The notes: generated by a model from the letters alone, not told the origin. DNA of 64,000 nt from Nitrospirota bacterium (GCA_963788195.1 CAWBGA010000002.1:320001-384000), one strand, 5' to 3'; positions 41,459 through 51,573 are shown, counted from the first letter of the stretch. A program made the numbers and translations.

Positions 41459-41497
41459 CTACCGTTTCTTTTTCGCAGCCTTTTTCTTCGCTGGCAT
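41459..41497 (-). CDS. Lysine-rich micropeptide MPAKKKAAKKKR (12 aa)
   Basis: SD GGAGGAGGTGA just upstream of ATG; TAG stop. Confidence 0.7.
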   Translation of the reverse strand: MPAKKKAAKKKR

Positions 41498-41530
41498 GTG
41501 ATCCTCACCTCCTCCCCACGGTTTTATGTG

Positions 41531-42043
41531 CTATACAGCCTGGAGCTTTTCCTCCAGCGCTTCAAAAGTGTTCGGCGCGACCTTCCTGAACCGTCGATCT
41601 CTCTTCAATGATGTGGCAATCGACGTCACCGGTGTCTTTCCTTTGATCCGCAGGCCCCCTTCAATCAGCCGATGACAAATATCCTTCGCATGCATTGCCG
41701 AGTGCGCATCCCTGAGAATGTGGAATGCGGCTTCTGAAACACTCATGCCGACATATTTAGATCGACCGAGAAGAATTTCGCGGGACTGGTCAGTGACGTC
41801 TACGAGAACGCCGGGACGGCCCGTTTTGTCTTTATCCGTATCCGTTATTTGGCTCGAAAGGCTGGCCAGCTTGGCTTTATCCACCTCTACCCGGTAGAGA
41901 GTCTCGGCAAGCTCGAGATACTTCTTAATCGTTGCAATTTCGTCGTCGATTTTTTCGCGCTTTTTTTGCAGATCCTGAAGTCTTGACTTGTAGACGTCGA
42001 TACGCTGGTCTAATCCGACAATAATGTCTTTAAGTTCTTCCAA
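41531..42043 (-). CDS. Coiled-coil plus HARE-HTH (winged helix) DNA-binding protein
   Basis: N-terminal heptads; MSVSEAAFHILR..MHAKDI..GKTPVTSIATSL..FRKVAPNTF; TTG start with SD GAGGT. Confidence 0.75.
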   Translation of the reverse strand: MEELKDIIVGLDQRIDVYKSRLQDLQKKREKIDDEIATIKKYLELAETLYRVEVDKAKLASLSSQITDTDKDKTGRPGVLVDVTDQSREILLGRSKYVGMSVSEAAFHILRDAHSAMHAKDICHRLIEGGLRIKGKTPVTSIATSLKRDRRFRKVAPNTFEALEEKLQAV

Positions 42044-42068
42044 AGCTTTACCTCACTAAGCAGCTTGC

Positions 42069-42097
42069 TTCTTAACATTTGCTTTAAAGCATGTCAA
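42069..42097 (-). promoter_or_regulatory. sigma70-like promoter with palindromic operator in the spacer
   Basis: TTGACA-N17-TAAGAA; spacer contains TGCTTTAAAGCA; upstream T-tract. Confidence 0.55.
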
Positions 42098-42347
42098 CAA
42101 AAAAAATATACGGAGTTGTTTTAGTACTCTGTTAAATCGTGTGAAGTAATGGAAATAGATGGCTGCTTCGGCTAAAACTCGTAATTTCACCTAAGCGTGC
42201 TTGAACATGTCTGATCCAGTCATCACGTCGAAAACCGCTGATTTTGGCGCTGACAAATATGTGTTTTAGAATGCTGTTAATATTATGGCTTGCCACTATA
42301 TCTCGATAGGGCGACGTCCTTTACCCACAAGCGTGCTTTAGTGCAGA

Positions 42348-43352
42348 TTAAGTCTTGGGTAGGCTGGAGCTTACGGCGGACGGCTTCAGCGGGACGGCTT
42401 CCCAGCTGTTGGCGCCATCCACGCTGCGAAAGAGTCCGCTGCCGTTAGTGCCGGCGAAGATTGTCTGTGACTGCATTGGGCTTATCGCCATTGATCTGAT
42501 GTTCAGCGTTGTCAGCCCCTTGCTTGCCAGGGTCCAAGTATCGCCCCCGTCGGTCGTCTTGTGTACGCCTCGGCGCGTGCCTGCATATACGGTGGCCGGA
42601 TGCTGCGGGTCAATCAATAGAACGCTCAAGTAGGTATCGTTCAGGCCGTTTTCGATGCGTTTCCAAGATGCCCCGGCATCGACCGTTTTGAACAGCCCTT
42701 TTGTCGTGCCGGCGTAGACCGTGCCTGGCCGTGCGGGATCAGTCACGATGCTGTTCACTCCGAGAGCCATCGCGGCGTCCAGTTTTTCTTTAGGTATTAA
42801 TCCGTTGTTGACGAGTTGCCATGTCGCCGTTCCGTCCGTCGTCTTGTAGACGCCGCCCGTGGTTCCGGCGTACATGACATCAGGATTGTGGGGATCCATG
42901 GCGATTGTCACGACATAATGCACTTCCTTCATGCCGTGCATGCGCTCTGTCCAGAGACGTCCCCCGTCCTTCGACCGAAAAATGCCTACTGTAGTGGCGG
43001 CGTACATTGTGTCCGGCTCGGTGGGATGAAAGATGATTTGATTGACGACCGAAACATGCTCTTTCAGCCCGGCATTGTAAGGAAGCCAGGTTTGTCCGCC
43101 GTCGGAGCTCTTGTACACGGCGTCTCCCATGGTTCCCGCGAACACGTTTGAGGGGCTATGGGGATCCACGCCCAGGGTCAGCACGCGAAAGCTGCTGAGG
43201 TCCGTCGTGATCCTGTTCCAGCTCACTCCGCCGTCGCGGGTTTTGTACAACGATTCATTAGTGGCTACATAGATGATGGCGGGATTGCCAGGATGTGGAG
43301 CGATGGCAACGATCGTGTCGCTTTGTGACCCACAACCGCTTACCACGAACAT
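42348..43352 (-). CDS. BNR/Ycf48-like beta-propeller lipoprotein
   Basis: Repeated YAGT..G(V/L)YK(S/T)xDGGxxW; lipobox VSGC. Confidence 0.85.
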   Translation of the reverse strand: MFVVSGCGSQSDTIVAIAPHPGNPAIIYVATNESLYKTRDGGVSWNRITTDLSSFRVLTLGVDPHSPSNVFAGTMGDAVYKSSDGGQTWLPYNAGLKEHVSVVNQIIFHPTEPDTMYAATTVGIFRSKDGGRLWTERMHGMKEVHYVVTIAMDPHNPDVMYAGTTGGVYKTTDGTATWQLVNNGLIPKEKLDAAMALGVNSIVTDPARPGTVYAGTTKGLFKTVDAGASWKRIENGLNDTYLSVLLIDPQHPATVYAGTRRGVHKTTDGGDTWTLASKGLTTLNIRSMAISPMQSQTIFAGTNGSGLFRSVDGANSWEAVPLKPSAVSSSLPKT

Positions 43353-43410
43353 GAGGAGAAACGAAAACGATTCGGGCCATCGAAATCACCTATAGGTCTT
43401 TCAAGGCGAG

Positions 43411-44570
43411 CTACAGGCGTCGACGCAGTTCCGACGCGTACCCCGTGAGCTCGACATAGCCGTCGCCCGAGACCGACTGATCTCCGCGAGTGCCCTTTAC
43501 TGTCACGCTTCCTTCCCAATAAGTCACCTGAGTGCTGAACCGGGTAATCAGCTCTTGATCGCTGACTGTGGGCGTTAACTCAACAACAAGCCTGATCGCC
43601 GGAATACCGATTCGCCAACGACTGGGATAGCGGGCACCGCTCTTAGGGGAGCGCCAGTCGGCGAGAATCTCCACCCGGACATCTTCACGTTTCAGGGGAA
43701 TGCTCGTACCGTCCCGCTTGATCCAGGTGCCCGCTGACGATGGTTCGATCGAGCCATCTCGCCGGCGGATCTGATAGAGCATTAATTCGCTGAGGTCATT
43801 CAGTTGAATCGAGAACCAGTCCCAACCCACTTGCTCAGCGCCGAGCTGATTGCTTCCAAATTCATGATCCATCCAACTTATTCCGGTGACGGGAATCTCC
43901 CGGCCATCCAGGATAAGCCTCCCCACGGTCTTCATCCGGGTAAACGAGTAGTAGTGTGAGGCCTCAGTCTCGGCATCACCCTTCCGGCTGATACCTTGAT
44001 TGCCGTGAATAATTGGCGGCTTCTCCGCAACCAGTTCCAAATCGATTACCTGGCCGTCCTCCCCGGCATGGAGGCGATGACCGGCCGCATCACCTTCTGC
44101 CCGCCACTGGTCGATCCACACACGGAGCCTTCCGGTCTCCGCCCCCGCCTTGCCCAGACCCTCTCGTGATATCTTCTCGGCTACGTGAAACGCGCCGCGG
44201 CGTTCATCCGTGATAGCGAAGTGAGCAAAATAAATATTACGAATGGCCCATCGCGACGGGTTTTGGCTGACGCTGCTTGAAGCGATGGCGCGACGAAAGA
44301 AGGTGAGCTGGTACCCGTACTGCTGCTTGTCGGGGCCGACCAGGTGTCCGGTGTAATACCACCATTCGGTTTGAAAGTTCTCATGGCTGCCATGATCCCA
44401 GGGAAATCGGTACTCATAGCCGGGAAGGGCGGGACGGAAGGAAGGATCGGCTGAGGCGAAAGGCCGAAAGAAGTATGCAGCTGCCGATTAGAATAGGGGC
44501 AAGCCTGAGCCACGAGAATCGGAACGGCGGAATGAGGGACCACATCAGTTACGTCCGCAGAGCCTACCAT
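43411..44570 (-). CDS. Lipocalin-like AttH/CrtC-family protein; frameshifted
   Basis: FPWDHGSH..TEWWYYTG, WMDHEF, GWDWFSIQL, YWEG, GYVELTGY. Confidence 0.85.
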
Positions 44571-44631
44571 ATGGGCGGATAGCTCTCAACGTCAGTGGTT
44601 CTTGTTAAGAATTTGACCGCGCCGGACCCCT

Positions 44632-45120
44632 ATGCTAGGCTCCGTCGCTGTGAAAGAGGTGCGACGAAATCTATGGATCGGCTGGATGGAAACGCTCGAC
44701 GGGATGGGTTATATCACCGCGGGCTTCAGCTTCCTTGTTCTTGGAATGATTGTTTTCGCTCACGCCTGGTATGCGTTCGTCACAACGTTCGCGAAAGGCG
44801 TCCTTCCGGCGGTGTTGGTCATGATTCACGATCTCTTATTGGTCGTGATCCTCTTGGAACTTTTCCGCACCATCATTAACTTTCTTAAAACCTTCGTCAT
44901 TACGCCGGAGCCGTTTCTGTACATCGGCATCATCGCGTCAACCCGGCGAATCCTGACCATAGGCGCGGAGGCATACTCCGAGAACCTCGCCCAGGAGCAA
45001 TTTGATCGGTACCTTCAGGATGTAGGACTCAATGTCCTCGTGATCGTGGCTCTGGTCTTCGCAGTATACCTGGCTCGCAAGCGTCCCCCGGTTGATGGAA
45101 GCGCCGCGCAGCTCGGCTGA
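44632..45120 (+). CDS. Phosphate-starvation-inducible PsiE family membrane protein
   Basis: Four TM segments; LLVVILLELFRTI, EPFLYIGIIASTRRIL. Confidence 0.8.
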   Translation: MLGSVAVKEVRRNLWIGWMETLDGMGYITAGFSFLVLGMIVFAHAWYAFVTTFAKGVLPAVLVMIHDLLLVVILLELFRTIINFLKTFVITPEPFLYIGIIASTRRILTIGAEAYSENLAQEQFDRYLQDVGLNVLVIVALVFAVYLARKRPPVDGSAAQLG

Positions 45121-45126
45121 TTGCCC

Positions 45127-45654
45127 TCAAGGGCGAGGGCGAAACCGGTCTATATTGTTTATTCGTCCGGAGCGATCGAACTCCACCACCACAATCCAGT
45201 CGCCGACATAGCTGTAGCGCAATGCGTTCGACACAGGGGCGATCAGTCCAGACCCTGCGACCAGCGGCAAGCCTGAGATATACGTAGGTGGACCCGCACG
45301 GGCCAGCACCTCCGCTTCGGTCATCCCGATTGAAAGCATACGGTACACCTCAAAAGGCATTTCTCGGTATGGACGTGGCTCCTCGGCTCTCGTAGAGATC
45401 GAAGGCTTCCCGGGTTCCGACGGAATCTCGGGCATGAAGCCGGATTCCCTCGGGTTGCTATAGCGGCTCGTGATGATTTGCAGTAGCTGCGATTTGGGCT
45501 CGTACGATTTACAGTCCGAGTAGGACTCGGGTTTGTTCGTGTAGATCTCGGATCCATCCGGAAGGGCGCACCGCCACATATCCGCCCCAGCTATCGGGGG
45601 CAGTCCCAACAGAAGAAGGAAAAACGCAGGGAGAAAAGAGCGCTTGCTGACCAT
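45127..45654 (-). CDS. DUF4124-like exported protein
   Basis: Signal peptide, ADMWRC..DGSEIYTNKP; C-terminal GMTEAEVL..GPP. Confidence 0.7.
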   Translation of the reverse strand: MVSKRSFLPAFFLLLLGLPPIAGADMWRCALPDGSEIYTNKPESYSDCKSYEPKSQLLQIITSRYSNPRESGFMPEIPSEPGKPSISTRAEEPRPYREMPFEVYRMLSIGMTEAEVLARAGPPTYISGLPLVAGSGLIAPVSNALRYSYVGDWIVVVEFDRSGRINNIDRFRPRP

Positions 45655-45816
45655 GAGTAACTCCTCTTTTAAATGTTTAGGCGCTCAGATTACCCCTTAT
45701 TCCTGGTTATCTCTCTTCATCTGATGGTGGGTACAGTATTCCCCACTATTAGATTAACCTACCAGTCCATTGTCTAGTCCGTGCATTGTTAAATGTTTTG
45801 TCTTGGGTGTCGGTAC

Positions 45817-46015
45817 CTAATCCATGGTACAGGTCTTCGGGAAATATCGTCCGAGCGGCTGACCCGCCTTGGACTGGAGGACTACATCGTTCTCCCATCG
45901 AAACACCAGGCAGCGAAAGCCGTCCCATTTCGGCTCGAATTGCCACTGTTCTCCTTCAGGGAGGCTTCGTAGCGCGCCTCGCCTCCATTGGAGGGTACGG
46001 GATCGGCAGCAGGTA
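45817..46015 (-). pseudogene. 5' remnant of an ATP-dependent DNA ligase (LigC-like)
   Basis: Translates as YPPMEAR..LPEGEQWQFEPKWDGFRCLVFR..VLQSKAGQPLGRYFP, then a stop. Confidence 0.75.
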
Positions 46016-46035
46016 ACACCGGAAAAGTGGATGTT

Positions 46036-46761
46036 TCAATGCTCGGGGTCATCGTAGAACTTTTCCCGGTAGATGGGGCAGAGGCCTTTGCTTCGAACGG
46101 CTTCCGTGACGTCCTTAAGCATTCCGCTGTTGCCGCACAGGTAGACCGCGAGGTTGTCCACGGATGTAATGTACTCGTCAATGAGCCGGGTCACTCGCCC
46201 CGTCTTGCCGCTCCAACCGTCCCCCGGCTGGGACAGGGTGATCACGAATCGGAAATTCGGATGAGCCGCGGCGAAGGCTTCAAACTCATCCAGATAGTAA
46301 AGGTCCCGTTGATGACGCACACCCCAAATCAGTGTGACCGAAGAAGAACAACCGCGTTCAAAGAGAGTCGACAACATCGATCGAAAGGGTGCGATACCGG
46401 TGCCTGTCGCGACAAGCAGATGATCGCGGCCCAGATCGTCATGGAGATAGAATGCGCCGGCGGGCCCCTTGAACTGCGTCACGTCACCCGGCCGGAGACC
46501 GAACAGGTAGGTGGATCCCGGTCCGTTGGGAACCAGGTTCAGCAGCAGATCCAGGCTGTCCTGTCGGCTGGGAGGCGAGACGATCGAGTAGGGCCGTACG
46601 AGGGGAAACTTCCGACCCTCCTGATGAATCTCGAACGAGATGAATTGGCCGGCTTTGAATGCCATCGTGGCGGGCTGTTGCAACCTAAAGCTGATCTCAC
46701 GCACATCATGCGTTAAGTCTCTGAGCCCGCTTACTTGCGCGCTGAAGGATTGGATCGACAT
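46036..46761 (-). CDS. FAD/NAD(P)-binding ferredoxin-reductase-type oxidoreductase
   Basis: FKAGQF, RPYSIVS, GPGSTYL, ATGTGIAPF, YLCG. Confidence 0.92.
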   Translation of the reverse strand: MSIQSFSAQVSGLRDLTHDVREISFRLQQPATMAFKAGQFISFEIHQEGRKFPLVRPYSIVSPPSRQDSLDLLLNLVPNGPGSTYLFGLRPGDVTQFKGPAGAFYLHDDLGRDHLLVATGTGIAPFRSMLSTLFERGCSSSVTLIWGVRHQRDLYYLDEFEAFAAAHPNFRFVITLSQPGDGWSGKTGRVTRLIDEYITSVDNLAVYLCGNSGMLKDVTEAVRSKGLCPIYREKFYDDPEH

Positions 46762-46846
46762 TGATCTATTATACTGCCTAGAGCAATCGTATACGCTTCA
46801 CCCACGGAGAGATGTCGGCTCACTTTGGTAAAGGGCTCCGGTCCGT

Positions 46847-48556
46847 TTACCGGGGGGTGGGTTCCTGCTGGGCTTTCTCTATTTTAGCCCAACTGTCTCG
46901 CAATGCGACGGTGCGGTTAAAGATCAACTGTCCGTTGGTCGAGTCCTGGTCGACGCAGAAGTATCCCTGCCGCTCGAACTGATATCGGCTGAACGGCGCG
47001 GCTCCGGCGAGACTTGGTTCGATCTTACACCCGGTCAAACGCTCGAGAGAGTTGGGGTTTAAATGAGCGGTGAAGTCCCGGCCGTCCGTGACATCGCCCG
47101 GGTCGGGCTTCAGAAAGAGATGCTCATACAATCGGGCTTCGGCCCCAAGGGCCTGGGCGGCCGAGACCCAATGTAAGGTCCCTTTCACCTTTCGTGCCGC
47201 TTGCGCCTCCCCGCTGCGTGTCTCCGGGTCATAGGTGCAATGCACCTTGACGACCTCGCCGGTCTGATCATCCTTCTCGACGCTGACGCATTTGATGATA
47301 TAGGCGTACCGAAGGCGCACTTCCTGCCCCGGCGTCAGCCGGAAGAACTTCTTCGGGGGAACTTCGCGGAAGTCATCCTGTTCAATGTACAAGGACCGCG
47401 AAAAAGGGATCGTCCTGGTGCCCGCAGCGGGATCTTCCGGGTTGTTAACGGCTTGCAGGTCTTCAACCTGGCCTTCGGGATAGTTGTCGATAACGACCAG
47501 CAAGGGGCGGAGCACCGCCATGACACGCGGGGCCCGTGTATTGAGATCTTCCCGGATGAAGTGCTCGAGCAACGCCATCTCAATCACACCATCGCGCTTG
47601 GCCACGCCGATGTGGTCGCAGAACGCCCGGATCGCCTCCGGGGTGTAGCCGCGCCTCCGCAGACCTTGGAGTGTCGGGAGGCGCGGATCGTCCCATCCGT
47701 CGACAAGCTTCTTCTCTACCAAGTCAAGCAATTTGCGCTTGCTCATGACGGTGTGGCTGAGGTTGAGCCGGGCGAATTCGATCTGCTGCGGCCGAGACGG
47801 AGCGTCCGATTCTTCCACGACCCAATTATAGAGTGGCCGGTGGTCCTCAAATTCCAGGGTGCAGATCGAATGAGTAATACCTTCAACCGCATCGGAGAGG
47901 GGATGAGCAAAGTCATATGTAGGATAGATGCACCAGGCATCCCCTGTCCGGTGATGGGCCGCGTGCCGGATGCGATACAGAGTGGGATCACGCATATTCA
48001 CATTGGGGGAGGCCATGTCGATTTTCGCGCGCAGGACATGCGCCCCGTCGGGGAATTCCCCCGCCCGCATGCGCGCGAACAGATCAAGATTCTCTTCAAC
48101 TGATCGCGTGCGGTAAGGACTGTCCTTGCCCGGCTCGGTCAAGGTGCCCCGATATCGCCGGATATCCTCTGCGCTCAGGCTGTCGACGTAGGCCTTTCCC
48201 TTCTTTGTCAGGTGCACGGCGAACTCATAGAGCCGCTCGAAGTAATCAGAGGCATAAAACAGGCGATCCTCCCAGTCGAAGCCCATCCAACGCACATCCT
48301 TTTGAATGGCCTGGACGTATTCCGTGTTCTCCTTGCTTGGATTTGTATCGTCAAACCGCAGATTGGTCTTGCCGCCGAATTCCTTGGCGATGCCGAAATT
48401 CAGACAGATGGATTTGGCGTGGCCGATGTGCAAATAGCCGTTGGGTTCCGGCGGAAAGCGGGTGACGACCCGACCCCCGTGCTTGCCGGACGTCAGATCA
48501 TTCGCCACGATCTCACGGATAAAGTTTCCTGCCTGCGAAGCATCAGGCGCTGGCAT
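46847..48556 (-). CDS. glnS: Glutamine--tRNA ligase
   Basis: [30 protein letters not shown]. Confidence 0.97.
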   Translation of the reverse strand: MPAPDASQAGNFIREIVANDLTSGKHGGRVVTRFPPEPNGYLHIGHAKSICLNFGIAKEFGGKTNLRFDDTNPSKENTEYVQAIQKDVRWMGFDWEDRLFYASDYFERLYEFAVHLTKKGKAYVDSLSAEDIRRYRGTLTEPGKDSPYRTRSVEENLDLFARMRAGEFPDGAHVLRAKIDMASPNVNMRDPTLYRIRHAAHHRTGDAWCIYPTYDFAHPLSDAVEGITHSICTLEFEDHRPLYNWVVEESDAPSRPQQIEFARLNLSHTVMSKRKLLDLVEKKLVDGWDDPRLPTLQGLRRRGYTPEAIRAFCDHIGVAKRDGVIEMALLEHFIREDLNTRAPRVMAVLRPLLVVIDNYPEGQVEDLQAVNNPEDPAAGTRTIPFSRSLYIEQDDFREVPPKKFFRLTPGQEVRLRYAYIIKCVSVEKDDQTGEVVKVHCTYDPETRSGEAQAARKVKGTLHWVSAAQALGAEARLYEHLFLKPDPGDVTDGRDFTAHLNPNSLERLTGCKIEPSLAGAAPFSRYQFERQGYFCVDQDSTNGQLIFNRTVALRDSWAKIEKAQQEPTPR

Positions 48557-48648
48557 ACCGATCTCCTTGTGAATTCCCTGAGCCGGATAGTTTTATCACA
48601 AACGGCCGTGGTTCGTCCTGCCGCGGCGGCGTGGTCCTCGTGGTGCAT

Positions 48649-49590
48649 TCACTTGCCGGATCGAGCGCAGCGAAATCCCACGGTGGCGACGCGTTGGTCG
48701 GGGATGGCGCCGTTACGTGTGGCTGTCCGCAGTAGTGAGGGGCTGCTCTTCCAGGAGCCACCGCGGATGCTCTTGTAACGGCCGGAGGCGGGTCCCGAGG
48801 GGTTCCGCTGAGGCATCCTCGCGTAGTAATCAATCCCATACCAGTCTTCGACCCACTCGGCGATGTTGCCGGCCATGTGCCGCGCGCCGTAGGGACTCCG
48901 GCCTTCCACTCCGCTGTCCACGGCCGCAACCAACGGTATCTCGTGCGCATGATGCTTTCCGAACACCGCGAGATCCGGCGCCGGCCTCTTGCTGCCCCAT
49001 GGAAAGAGATTGGCCTGGGTCCCGCGCGCCGCTTTTTCCCACTCGGCCTCGGTCGGGAGACGTTTGCCCTGCTCGCGGCAAAACTCTGCTGCCTCGTTCC
49101 AGGAAACATACAAGGCAGGCCAGCGTGCGAGAACGTAGTCCGGGAGAAAGTGCACGCTGACGGTATGCCAGATCAGTCGCTGCAGCTCCTCAGAGGGCAG
49201 CTCATGCTGTTCTGCAAGGAAGTCGAGATATTCCGAAAGGCTTACCTCGTCGCGATCAATATCGAACGCATCCAGCCAGATGCGTCGTTGGGGCTGCTCC
49301 GTATCGTCGAATGGCCTTGCGATGCCGTAGGAATTGGTGTGTTTCAGAGCGGTGCCCATGAAGAACCAGCCTGGGGGCACGCTGACCATTGGAGACGGCC
49401 TGGAAAGCTCGGCAATGGCCTGCAGATGAGGCCCCAGTTCTGGCTGAGGCTCACCAGCCAATAGCCGGGACTGGACGGCGGAGTCGGCGGTGATGAACAG
49501 AACAAGCCCCACAAGACCTATACGTAGGAATTGGAACAGACGACCCAGGAGTCTCACTAGGTTGATAGTATTAGTCACTTTACTTGACAT
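48649..49590 (-). CDS. Formylglycine-generating enzyme (SUMF1/FGE-sulfatase) domain protein
   Basis: RLPTEAEWEKAARG, MAGNIAEW, RGGSW, GFRCA. Confidence 0.9.
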   Translation of the reverse strand: MSSKVTNTINLVRLLGRLFQFLRIGLVGLVLFITADSAVQSRLLAGEPQPELGPHLQAIAELSRPSPMVSVPPGWFFMGTALKHTNSYGIARPFDDTEQPQRRIWLDAFDIDRDEVSLSEYLDFLAEQHELPSEELQRLIWHTVSVHFLPDYVLARWPALYVSWNEAAEFCREQGKRLPTEAEWEKAARGTQANLFPWGSKRPAPDLAVFGKHHAHEIPLVAAVDSGVEGRSPYGARHMAGNIAEWVEDWYGIDYYARMPQRNPSGPASGRYKSIRGGSWKSSPSLLRTATRNGAIPDQRVATVGFRCARSGK

Positions 49591-49647
49591 GGTAGAGATA
49601 ATTAGTGAAAATAACGGAAGTACCAGGTAGACAGCCGCTGCAAGGAG

Positions 49648-50052
49648 GTGATGATTGTGAAATGTTTGCGCCCGTTGTTTCGAAAAGCTTTGTCCCTGTA
49701 CCTGATTATCGCACTTATGGCGCTTGGGTGTCTGCCATATGACCTGATGGCCGCGATGATTCCATCAGAGTTGGACAGTTCAGGAACGGCGAGCGCAATA
49801 GATCGCTCCGCTGACATTCAAACGATCCAGCATGTTCTGGAATCCAAAGTGGTGGCGCAGCGACTCGCCGATCTCGGTCTCTCTGTCGAGGAAGTCCAGC
49901 AGTCAATGTCCAAATTGACCTCGCAGGAATTGCACCAGATCGCCAGTAACCTGGATGGCCTGCAAACCGGCGGTGACTTTGGCCTCATCATCGGCGTTCT
50001 GGTTGTCGTCGTTCTCGTCTTGCTCATCATATTTCTGGCAAAAAGAGCCTGA
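49648..50052 (+). CDS. PA2779-family exported protein
   Basis: Signal peptide; QRLADLGLS..LTSQEL..GG followed by a hydrophobic C-terminal helix. Confidence 0.75.
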   Translation: MMIVKCLRPLFRKALSLYLIIALMALGCLPYDLMAAMIPSELDSSGTASAIDRSADIQTIQHVLESKVVAQRLADLGLSVEEVQQSMSKLTSQELHQIASNLDGLQTGGDFGLIIGVLVVVVLVLLIIFLAKRA

Positions 50053-50053
50053 G

Positions 50054-50644
50054 ATGAGGAACGCCTATCTGATGGCGCGGGGCATGCTTTCCTTGTGCCT
50101 CGCTGCGACTATAGGGGGCTGTTCCACGGCCTGGCCGCTCCTCACAATGGAGGAGCGGCCCCTTTCTACAAATGCGATCTATGTCAAGCAAGTGCCGTTC
50201 TATCCGCAAACGCAATATCAGTGCGGCCCGGCTTCTTTGGCCACCGTCCTTAACTATTGGGGTCGGCACGTCACGCCGGAGCAGATCGCTGAAGAGATCT
50301 ATCGGCCGCGGATGAAAGGCACTCTGAGCCTCGATCTTTGGCGATACGCAAAAACGCAGGATCTTCAGGCCTCGGTACAGCAGGGCTCTTGGGAGTTTTT
50401 GGAGATGCAGGTCAGTCGCGATCGCCCGGTCATCGCGTTCTTGAACTTTGGTTTTCGGGAGGTCCCCCTCGGGCACTTTCTGGTAGTGGTGGGGGTGGAT
50501 CCGGACGATAAGAATGTCATCGCTTACTCTGGGGTCGATAAGAATCAACGGATTCCCTTCGATCGTTTCAAGGCGGCCTGGGAGAAAACAAACTACTGGT
50601 CCCTGCTTATTGAGCCCAACCCAGGTTCTGATCAAGGCGCATAA
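50054..50644 (+). CDS. C39-like cysteine peptidase lipoprotein (PA2778-like)
   Basis: VPFYPQTQYQCGPASLA, GHFLVVVG; lipobox GGC. Confidence 0.85.
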   Translation: MRNAYLMARGMLSLCLAATIGGCSTAWPLLTMEERPLSTNAIYVKQVPFYPQTQYQCGPASLATVLNYWGRHVTPEQIAEEIYRPRMKGTLSLDLWRYAKTQDLQASVQQGSWEFLEMQVSRDRPVIAFLNFGFREVPLGHFLVVVGVDPDDKNVIAYSGVDKNQRIPFDRFKAAWEKTNYWSLLIEPNPGSDQGA

Positions 50645-50645
50645 A

Positions 50646-51299
50646 ATGCCTGGAATGTTGATTGTCTTTGTTGCGGGATTGCTGGCATTCGGGTGCTCCT
50701 TCCTGCCCAAGGCCTACGAATTCCATGACCCCTTAACGCCTACGGAACATTTGGCGCTGGGAGTGAGCTACGAGTCCGAAGGCAAAACCAGCCTGGCCAT
50801 CGCTGAGTACAAGAAAGTCATTGAGAGCGATGCCCGCAACCACGGTGTGACGGCGAGGGTGTTCCTTGGAAACGTCTATGCGGGACTGGAGCAATATCAG
50901 ACAGCAGAACAGTACTATCGTGAAGCGCTTTCTCTTGATCCGCACCGTGGTCAGGCCTTGAATAACCTGGCATCCATTTTTGTAAAACAGGCTACCAAAC
51001 TGCAGGAGGCTGAAGTTCTTGCACAAACGGCTCTTGCCGAGGCGGAACTCAGGAATACCGCCGGGCAAAAGGGCGTCTATCTCGAGACGCTGGGTGAAGT
51101 GCTCTTGCGGCAAGGGCGGTATGCAGAGGCCCTCGAGAATTTTCAAAAGGCTGAGGCCTTCAAGGATCAGGGAAAGCCATATTGGACGTTCCAACTCTAC
51201 ACAAACATGGCAGATGCCTATGAAAAACTAGGCCGGTTGCCCGAAGCTGAGGAAGCGCGAAAACGTGCTGAAGATTTTCGCGAATCCCGAGGCAGCTGA
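50646..51299 (+). CDS. TPR lipoprotein
   Basis: Lipobox AFGC; multiple TPRs. Confidence 0.85.
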   Translation: MPGMLIVFVAGLLAFGCSFLPKAYEFHDPLTPTEHLALGVSYESEGKTSLAIAEYKKVIESDARNHGVTARVFLGNVYAGLEQYQTAEQYYREALSLDPHRGQALNNLASIFVKQATKLQEAEVLAQTALAEAELRNTAGQKGVYLETLGEVLLRQGRYAEALENFQKAEAFKDQGKPYWTFQLYTNMADAYEKLGRLPEAEEARKRAEDFRESRGS

Positions 51300-51573
51300 C
51301 AGCCATTTGTCCCGTACCGGATGCGGCTTGTCCTCCTAGGGCATTCCTTGCTCCCACGATCCATTGTCCGACTGATCAGCCCATAGCCCCCAGCCCACCA
51401 GCCCCCAGCGTACTAAATCCTCACCAGGTCAGCGCTTGCTCTTCTCTCAACAATCCATTCGGTTCTGGTATATATCAGCCGTTGTTCTTACACGCGTCCA
51501 TCAGGCCTACGGTAAGTCATCGCGTAGCGAAGAGATTTGGTATAAATACTTAGAATAATAAATTTAATAGAGC

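Noticed and set aside
42250..42307. NrdR boxes (ACAAATATGTGT, CCACTATATCTCG)
   Set aside because: Weak matches, and no ribonucleotide reductase gene is adjacent.
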